A stretch of DNA of 59,860 bases, from contig JASUSC010000003.1 of assembly GCA_030446285.1 (NCBI GenBank), forward strand, positions 1-59,860. The letters are read 5' to 3'. Source of the stretch: Eubacteriales bacterium (GTDB taxonomy: Bacteria > Bacillota > JASUSC01). A program made the translations under genes and the position numbers. This document shows, piece after piece, positions 54,588 through 59,860 of this stretch. The notes below the pieces were generated by a model that saw only the letters and a program-made list of their open reading frames with translations, made no database searches and was not told where the DNA came from. The stretch's first letter is position 1; every line of letters starts with the position of its first letter.

Positions 54588-54785
54588 TTAAAGGTTGTAC
54601 TTCTTGTTGAACTTATCTGCCCGGCCCCGGGAATCTACAACACGCTGTTTCCCGGTGAAAAAGGGGTGGCACTTGGAGCAAATTTCCACTCTCAGCTCTT
54701 TCTTGGTAGAGCCGGTTTCAAAAGTTTCGCCACAGGCACATATTACCCGTGCCGGACCGTATTCCGGATGAATACCCTTTTTCAT
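54588..54785 (-). CDS. rpmE: 50S ribosomal protein L31 (Zn-binding form)
   Basis: MKKGIHP, CACG and [10 protein letters not shown] motifs. Confidence 0.97.
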   Translation of the reverse strand: MKKGIHPEYGPARVICACGETFETGSTKKELRVEICSKCHPFFTGKQRVVDSRGRADKFNKKYNL

Positions 54786-54832
54786 AGCTAATTCACCTCT
54801 TTCCCTTTCAATTCCCGCAAGCAGCACCTTGT

Positions 54833-54862
54833 ATTATAACATAACCCCGGCAAAATACGCAA
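54833..54862 (-). promoter_or_regulatory. SigA promoter of rpmE
   Basis: TTGCGT-N18-TATAAT with extended TG. Confidence 0.7.
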
Positions 54863-54893
54863 CTTTTTCATCAGAACAGGATGCTACTTCGCG

Positions 54894-55140
54894 TCAATGC
54901 TTCCTTCTTTCCCCTCTCCCGCCAGTTTCTTCACCCTTCTCACGTTTTTTCTGTTCCAAAGTCAGAGCCCGCGTATAACTCTCCCCTGTCTCAACAAGGC
55001 ACTCTTTTTTTCCTCCCAGATATCAATATTCCTTGCTTCCATCGCCAGTACCTTTTCAAAGGAAGACAGCGCCTCCTCGTCCCGTTCCGCCTTTTTCAAC
55101 TCCAGACCTTTGCTCTACCATGTCAGAAGATTTTCGGCGC
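54894..55140 (-). pseudogene. Degraded tetratricopeptide-repeat gene
   Basis: Manual translation ENLLTW*SKGLELKKAERDEEALSSFEKVLAMEARNIDIWEEKKSALLRQGR, then ESYTRALTLE in another frame; TAG at 55117-55115. Confidence 0.7.
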
Positions 55141-55153
55141 TTGGCCTAAAAAG

Positions 55154-55444
55154 TTATTCCTCCACCAACTTTTTTGTAACCTCGGCAGAACCAACCCCAC
55201 CGATAAAAATTACCTTTCGCCGCCCGCTTTCCCCGTTCAATATGCGCAGACGGCTTTTGGCCACACCTAACTTCTCGGCTAAAAACTCCAGCAACGCCCG
55301 GTTGGCTTCTCCATCTACCGGCGGGGCAGTGATCTTAACTTTTAGCGCATCCCCTTCTACCCCTACTACCTGGTTGCGGTTGCTCCGGGGTTGAACCTTT
55401 ACCGTCAGCCGGACCCCTTCCCCGTCCGCTGTGTACCAGCTCAC
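55154..55444 (-). CDS. DUF167 (YggU) family protein
   Basis: VKVQPRS, APPVDGEAN and GESGRRK motifs. Confidence 0.92.
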   Translation of the reverse strand: MSWYTADGEGVRLTVKVQPRSNRNQVVGVEGDALKVKITAPPVDGEANRALLEFLAEKLGVAKSRLRILNGESGRRKVIFIGGVGSAEVTKKLVEE

Positions 55445-55460
55445 CCTCTCTTCACTCTCC

Positions 55461-56285
55461 TCAGCGGATAATCCTATCGTCGCCACCCGGAACATCCCGG
55501 CGGAAGATAAAGGTTTCCTCTTGTTTGGGAAGGGCATCGAGATACCTGAGATTGGCTTCTTCCTCAACGTCGGCCCGCTCAATTTCCGAAGAGGACCGAT
55601 TAGCCTCTTCTTCCCCTGCAACAGACCCTCCTTCAGCGACAGCTTTTCTTCTTTCTTCCTCCTTATCTTTTTCCGGCGGAAGAACTTCTTCTTGCGCTGC
55701 CGCCTGCACCCGCCACTTCATCTCCAGTTCCCTCTCTGACTCGCTAATTGTTGCCGCCACCGCCTGGAAAGCTTCGTCCCGGTCACTATCGATCTTGTCC
55801 AGTTCCCGCCGGAACTCATCCATAAAAGCCTGCTGGGCCTCAATATGCGCCTTAAACTCCATAAAATGAAGCCGCATCTGCCGCCGCAAGCTCTCAAAGT
55901 CATGAGCCAATTTCTCGTAAAGACGACGGGCATCGTTTAAAATGGCCCGGGCTTTTTCCTGAGCTTCGGCTATTATCCGGGCAGCTTCCGCTTCCGCTTC
56001 CTGCTTAATCATCTTGGCTTCTTTCTCAGCATTGGCTTTAATCTGATCCGCCGTCTGCTGAGCCATTACCAGGGCCTTCTTTAAGGTATTCTCCAGTTCC
56101 TTGAGCTCTTTCCACTGAGCCTGATCCTCACCCCGGCTGAGTTTCTCCTTTAGTTCCATATTCTCTTTGTAAAGTTTTTCATAGTCGGCAATGACCAGGT
56201 CGAGAAACTCGTCCACTTCCTCTTCGTCATATCCGCGAAAAGCCCGCTTAAATTCTTTGTTATGGATGTCCAGCGGCGTGAGCAT
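55461..56285 (-). CDS. divIVA: DivIVA cell division protein with long acidic tail
   Basis: [12 protein letters not shown]...[13 protein letters not shown] followed by coiled coil. Confidence 0.93.
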   Translation of the reverse strand: MLTPLDIHNKEFKRAFRGYDEEEVDEFLDLVIADYEKLYKENMELKEKLSRGEDQAQWKELKELENTLKKALVMAQQTADQIKANAEKEAKMIKQEAEAEAARIIAEAQEKARAILNDARRLYEKLAHDFESLRRQMRLHFMEFKAHIEAQQAFMDEFRRELDKIDSDRDEAFQAVAATISESERELEMKWRVQAAAQEEVLPPEKDKEEERRKAVAEGGSVAGEEEANRSSSEIERADVEEEANLRYLDALPKQEETFIFRRDVPGGDDRIIR

Positions 56286-56299
56286 ATAACCCTCCCCTT

Positions 56300-56379
56300 T
56301 CTCACCACATTTGATCAGGTCAACCCTCACCCCTGGCCACCAGTATTCTCTTTTCCCCCTCCAAACCGGGCCTGGGCAT
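56300..56379 (-). pseudogene. Possible deletion scar of ylmH
   Basis: RBS-ATG mini-[19 protein letters not shown] joined out of frame to VRVDLIK at the usual ylmH position. Confidence 0.4.
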
Positions 56380-56391
56380 CCTCTTCCCCCC

Positions 56392-56640
56392 TTAAAAAAG
56401 GGAGAGGAAGACTTTCCGCAGGAGCTCGAGCAAGAGAAAAGTTATCCAAGGCGATAGATCGAGCGGCCCTAGACTGGGAAGAAGACGACGTACCGGTCTC
56501 AAAACGGGTTCGGTAACATCATACACAAACCGGTAAAAAGCCGTACGATATACTCCCGGAAAAAAGGAGAGCAGGGCGCGAATAAAAATCAGCAGCTCCA
56601 TGCTGCTGACCAGGGCATTGACCAGCCGCTGCCAGAACAT
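56392..56640 (-). CDS. YggT/YlmG membrane protein
   Basis: [16 protein letters not shown] and LDLSP motifs. Confidence 0.92.
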   Translation of the reverse strand: MFWQRLVNALVSSMELLIFIRALLSFFPGVYRTAFYRFVYDVTEPVLRPVRRLLPSLGPLDLSPWITFLLLELLRKVFLSLF

Positions 56641-56662
56641 GACTTCACCTCGTCAAATTTTC

Positions 56663-57463
56663 TTAGAGATTACGGGCCCGTTCAGTTGCCGCCCGTACAG
56701 CTTCCATGATGGCGGCCCTTACCCCACCTGCTTCCAACTGGTACAAACCGTGGATGGTGGTACCACCAGGCGTAGTTACTTTTTCTTTTAAAAGGGCCGG
56801 AGCTATTCCTGTCTCCAAAACCATCCGCGCCGCTCCCATCATGGTCTGGGCTGCTAACTTCAGGGCCAGGTCACGGGGCAAACCCATCATCACCCCGCCG
56901 TCGGCAAGGGCCTCCAGCAGTAAAAACACGTAAGCCGGGCCGCTGCCGCTGAGTCCAGTCACCGCATCCATTAGGCTTTCCGGAACTTCCACAGTTAAGC
57001 CGACACAGTTAAAAATCCGCACTGCTTTCTCCATGTCAGCGGAAGTAGCATACCTGCCCCGAGCAAGAGCGGTAGCCCCCGCCCCCACCAGGGCAGGAGT
57101 ATTGGGCATAGCCCTGATTACTCTCACCTGACCCTGCAGCCGAGATTCAATGAAGGCCGTATCTTTTCCGGCCACCACAGAAACAAAAAGAGCATCCGGT
57201 GAGGACAAAGCCAGTTCTTCCAGCACCGCAGGTAAGACAAGGGGCTTCACCGCCAGGATTACTATCTCTGCCCCGGTAACTGCTCCTCTATTATCTGCTG
57301 TGGCCTCAACTCCGTACTTTTCCTGCATATGCTGGCGCCGGGCAGAATCGGGATCGCTGACAACTATTTTCTCCCCTGCAACTCCGCTAGTAATCAGTCC
57401 GGCGACAATTGCTTCCGCCATGGCGCCAGCACCGATAAAAGCCAATTTTTCTTTCCAGTTCAT
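56663..57463 (-). CDS. proC: Pyrroline-5-carboxylate reductase
   Basis: IGAGAMA, AVKP, MPNTP, SGSGPAY and TPGGTT motifs. Confidence 0.96.
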   Translation of the reverse strand: MNWKEKLAFIGAGAMAEAIVAGLITSGVAGEKIVVSDPDSARRQHMQEKYGVEATADNRGAVTGAEIVILAVKPLVLPAVLEELALSSPDALFVSVVAGKDTAFIESRLQGQVRVIRAMPNTPALVGAGATALARGRYATSADMEKAVRIFNCVGLTVEVPESLMDAVTGLSGSGPAYVFLLLEALADGGVMMGLPRDLALKLAAQTMMGAARMVLETGIAPALLKEKVTTPGGTTIHGLYQLEAGGVRAAIMEAVRAATERARNL

Positions 57464-57485
57464 AGTCTTTGTCTCTTACTCCCCT

Positions 57486-57905
57486 TTACTTGAGCCAGGG
57501 AAAAAGAGCTCTAATCTCTTTTTCTTCTTTGAGTCTCAGCTCGTTGTCCACTTCCATGTTGCTGGGGGCACAGAAAAAGATATCCGTTCCCACCCGGGCA
57601 ATGGTACCGTTCAAAGCATAAGTGACGCCACTGATAAAGTCCACCACCCGCCGACCCAAGTCTTTGTCGGCTTTTTCCAGATTAACGATGACAGCCCGCC
57701 TGTTTTTCAGGTTGTCCGCGATCATCTGAACGTCATCAAACCTGTTCGGCTCCAGAGCTATTACTTTCACATTCCGTTGCGTAGGCAGGCTGAAGAGATT
57801 ACCCTTTTTGCCCCGGGGGCTGGACTCTTCCACCATCTCTTCTCCCACTTCTTCCTCGTCCTCAAACCCCATAAACTTGAGTACCTTGTCCATCAGCTTT
57901 CCCAT
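57486..57905 (-). CDS. sepF: Cell division protein SepF
   Basis: VIVNLE...RRVVDFISG...ALNG motif; ATG 57905 after GAGGAGG. Confidence 0.94.
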   Translation of the reverse strand: MGKLMDKVLKFMGFEDEEEVGEEMVEESSPRGKKGNLFSLPTQRNVKVIALEPNRFDDVQMIADNLKNRRAVIVNLEKADKDLGRRVVDFISGVTYALNGTIARVGTDIFFCAPSNMEVDNELRLKEEKEIRALFPWLK

Positions 57906-57961
57906 AAAAAACCTCCTCATCCCAAATTTTTGCCTTTACCTTGAAGAAAAAATATGGCCGC

Positions 57962-58657
57962 TCACTGCCTGGCGCCGAACAGGGCCGTTCCCAGGCGGAC
58001 CATGTGAGCTCCTTCCTCAATAGCCACCTCAAAATCGCCGCTCATCCCCATGGAGAGATACCTCATCTCAACCCCGGGAATTTGTTCCGCTTCCACCTGA
58101 GCGGCAATTTCTCGCAAGCGGCGAAAAACTGGTCGTACCTCTTCTGGGTTCTCGGTATAGGGAGCTACTGTCATCAGACCTTTTACCGCTATCCCTGGCA
58201 TCTGGGCCACTTCCCGGATGAAATCGACTACTTCTTCCGGCGCCAGCCCAAATTTACTTTCTTCACCGGCTACATTCACCTCTACCAAACAGGGCACCGT
58301 TCGACCCACAGCCTTTGCCCGCTTGCTGATCTCCACCGCCAGGGAAGGACGGTCCAGTGAATGAATCATGTACACCCAGTCAATTATGTATTTAACTTTG
58401 TTGGTCTGGAGGTGACCAATCATATGCCAGCGAATGTCGACCGGCAGCTCCCCCCGCTTTTTTACCATTTCCTGAACCCGGTTCTCGCCGAAATCCCTAA
58501 GCCCCATCTGGTAGGCTGCCATAATTTTTTCCGGCGGCACCGTTTTGGTCACCGCCACCAGTTGAACCTCCGCAGCGCTGCGACCGGCTCTGCGGGCAGC
58601 AGCTTCGATGCGTTTTTTAACTTCTTCTATGTTCCGGCGAATTTCCTCTTCCGTCAT
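57962..58657 (-). CDS. yggS: PLP homeostasis protein YggS/YlmE
   Basis: AVTK, FGENRVQE, HMIGHLQTNK and SMGMSGD motifs. Confidence 0.95.
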   Translation of the reverse strand: MTEEEIRRNIEEVKKRIEAAARRAGRSAAEVQLVAVTKTVPPEKIMAAYQMGLRDFGENRVQEMVKKRGELPVDIRWHMIGHLQTNKVKYIIDWVYMIHSLDRPSLAVEISKRAKAVGRTVPCLVEVNVAGEESKFGLAPEEVVDFIREVAQMPGIAVKGLMTVAPYTENPEEVRPVFRRLREIAAQVEAEQIPGVEMRYLSMGMSGDFEVAIEEGAHMVRLGTALFGARQ

Positions 58658-58665
58658 GGTCCTCC

Positions 58666-59625
58666 CTAAAAGTTCACCACCTCTCCTTCCCGAACTGCCT
58701 GGCCGTTGCCCACTACGGGCGTTCCCTCTTCCAAACCGCGCACAGCCGCTTTATCCCCCACTTTCCCTACCACCTCAACCTGGTGCCAGCGGGTCCGCTG
58801 CTTGAAAAGAACATAGACGCCCGTCTTCCCGTTTTTTTCTACCAGGGCAGTTGCGGGAACTATCATCCCCCGGCAAGAGCTGGTTACCAGCCTCACGCTC
58901 AGCCAACGCTGGTCCAGGTGGGCGGGAATGAAAATATTGCTGCTTAAAAACATTCCGCTCCCACCTTCAGCCGGGACAATTTTTTCTACTCGAAAATAAT
59001 AATCGGGAGTTCCATCCTTAAACTTTACTTTTACCAGTGCTCCCGCTTCTTTGGGTAGCCGGACAGTCTCTTCCTTTTTCAAAGGGACATAAAGGTAGGA
59101 ACGCTCTAAGTTGTTCACTAAGCGAAAAATGGTCTGCCCTTTCTGGACTACTTTCCCCTTCTCAACCCTGGTCACATTTCTTTCTCTGTTCAAAACCTTG
59201 TTCACGTCAATTTTATCAAATTGCGGCGCCGGGAGCAAATTCTCCCACCCGTCCAGGGTGTAACTAACCACCCCTGCCTCGGGGGCATAGACATTTACCG
59301 TTCCCGTCCCGGGCGTTTTTATCCTCGCCACCACTCCTCCCTTTCGCACCCGTTCCCCAGCTGGAACCACCGGCTCTATCTCTCCCGCCACCGGCGCAGT
59401 GACTACCATCTCGTCGCGGAGGATTAACGCTTTTACCGGCAGACTCTCTTCCACCTGACCTTCGCTAACCCTGACGATATTGAGGTTGCTGGTGCGCCAG
59501 ATTCTGTATACCTGAACCCCCGCCAAGAGGAAAAAAACCAGAACTGCCGCCGCCACCGCCATCTGCATTTTTTTTCGTTCCTTTTTTTCTCTCTTAGCCT
59601 GCGGCAGGGTCACTACCTCACCCAC
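58666..59625 (-). CDS. HlyD-like membrane fusion protein typically found upstream of yggS in Clostridia
   Basis: N-terminal TM; two biotinyl-lipoyl half motifs (APVAG...GERVRKG, APEAGVVSYTLDG); VP.TAL....G..GVY. Confidence 0.75.
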   Translation of the reverse strand: MGEVVTLPQAKREKKERKKMQMAVAAAVLVFFLLAGVQVYRIWRTSNLNIVRVSEGQVEESLPVKALILRDEMVVTAPVAGEIEPVVPAGERVRKGGVVARIKTPGTGTVNVYAPEAGVVSYTLDGWENLLPAPQFDKIDVNKVLNRERNVTRVEKGKVVQKGQTIFRLVNNLERSYLYVPLKKEETVRLPKEAGALVKVKFKDGTPDYYFRVEKIVPAEGGSGMFLSSNIFIPAHLDQRWLSVRLVTSSCRGMIVPATALVEKNGKTGVYVLFKQRTRWHQVEVVGKVGDKAAVRGLEEGTPVVGNGQAVREGEVVNF

Positions 59626-59661
59626 TGAGGAAATTCCTCCCTCTTTTGTTTACTGAACTCT

Positions 59662-59689
59662 ATTCGACAGGCGGCAAAGGATATCCTGC
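59662..59689 (-). promoter_or_regulatory. SigH-type promoter of the division cluster
   Basis: GCAGGA-N18-GAAT. Confidence 0.55.
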
Positions 59690-59737
59690 TGTTTTCCTGT
59701 ATTTCCCCGGTTAATTTTCCCGCTTTTGCAAGCAACG

Positions 59738-59766
59738 AAAAAACACCTGTTCTGAAACAGGTGTTT
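59738..59766 (-). terminator. Terminator hairpin next to the IS-like end
   Basis: AAACACCTGTT-ctga-AACAGGTGTTT with an A/T-tract. Confidence 0.7.
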
Positions 59767-59860
59767 CAGATTGTCGACAAAGTATCTGTCGGCAGTCTTT
59801 TTTTGTGAGAAAAACATACAAAAAGGAACATTTTTGTTGTAAAATTGAATCAGAAAGAAT
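59767..59860 (+). mobile_element. Probable left end of an IS1182-family element (transposase outside the window)
   Basis: CAGATTGTCGACAAA start, internal inverted copy TGTCGGCAGTCT plus T-tract, AT-rich leader, abutting a terminator hairpin. Confidence 0.55.

Overview
A ~60 kb chromosomal segment from an endospore-forming, probably anaerobic member of the Bacillota (Clostridia-type gene content; taxonomy is inferred). Almost all genes are on the minus strand. Core content: fthC, bioY (BirA operator), terC (yybP-ykoY Mn riboswitch), a dedA/pspC envelope cluster, a MesB-type folate-independent methionine synthase, nagA, sfsA, argCJBDFGH (ARG box, two passenger genes including an uncharacterised radical SAM enzyme), gerABC-type germination genes, a GT2-DUF2304-EamA triad, pcrA-amj-ligA, tauE-DUF1634, folC, valS (T-box), the F1Fo ATP synthase operon, the rpmE-prfA-prmC-sua5-mntP-ywlE-rpiB-glyA block and the yggS-sepF-proC-yggT-divIVA-yggU division cluster. 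The least explained signals sit in the spacers. Reading them by hand gives apparent relics of five deleted genes: a chemoreceptor C-terminus, a CxxCH cytochrome c, a rhodanese domain, a TPR protein and ylmH. The cytochrome and rhodanese relics flank a double-XRE regulator near tauE, suggesting a dismantled sulfur-linked redox module. Both window ends look like insertion-sequence termini. No CRISPR array, tRNA, rRNA, prophage or intact transposase was seen. I cannot show a complete novel system. The best leads are the radical SAM gene inside the arg operon and the decayed sulfur/cytochrome module. All family calls come from recalled motifs, not database searches.
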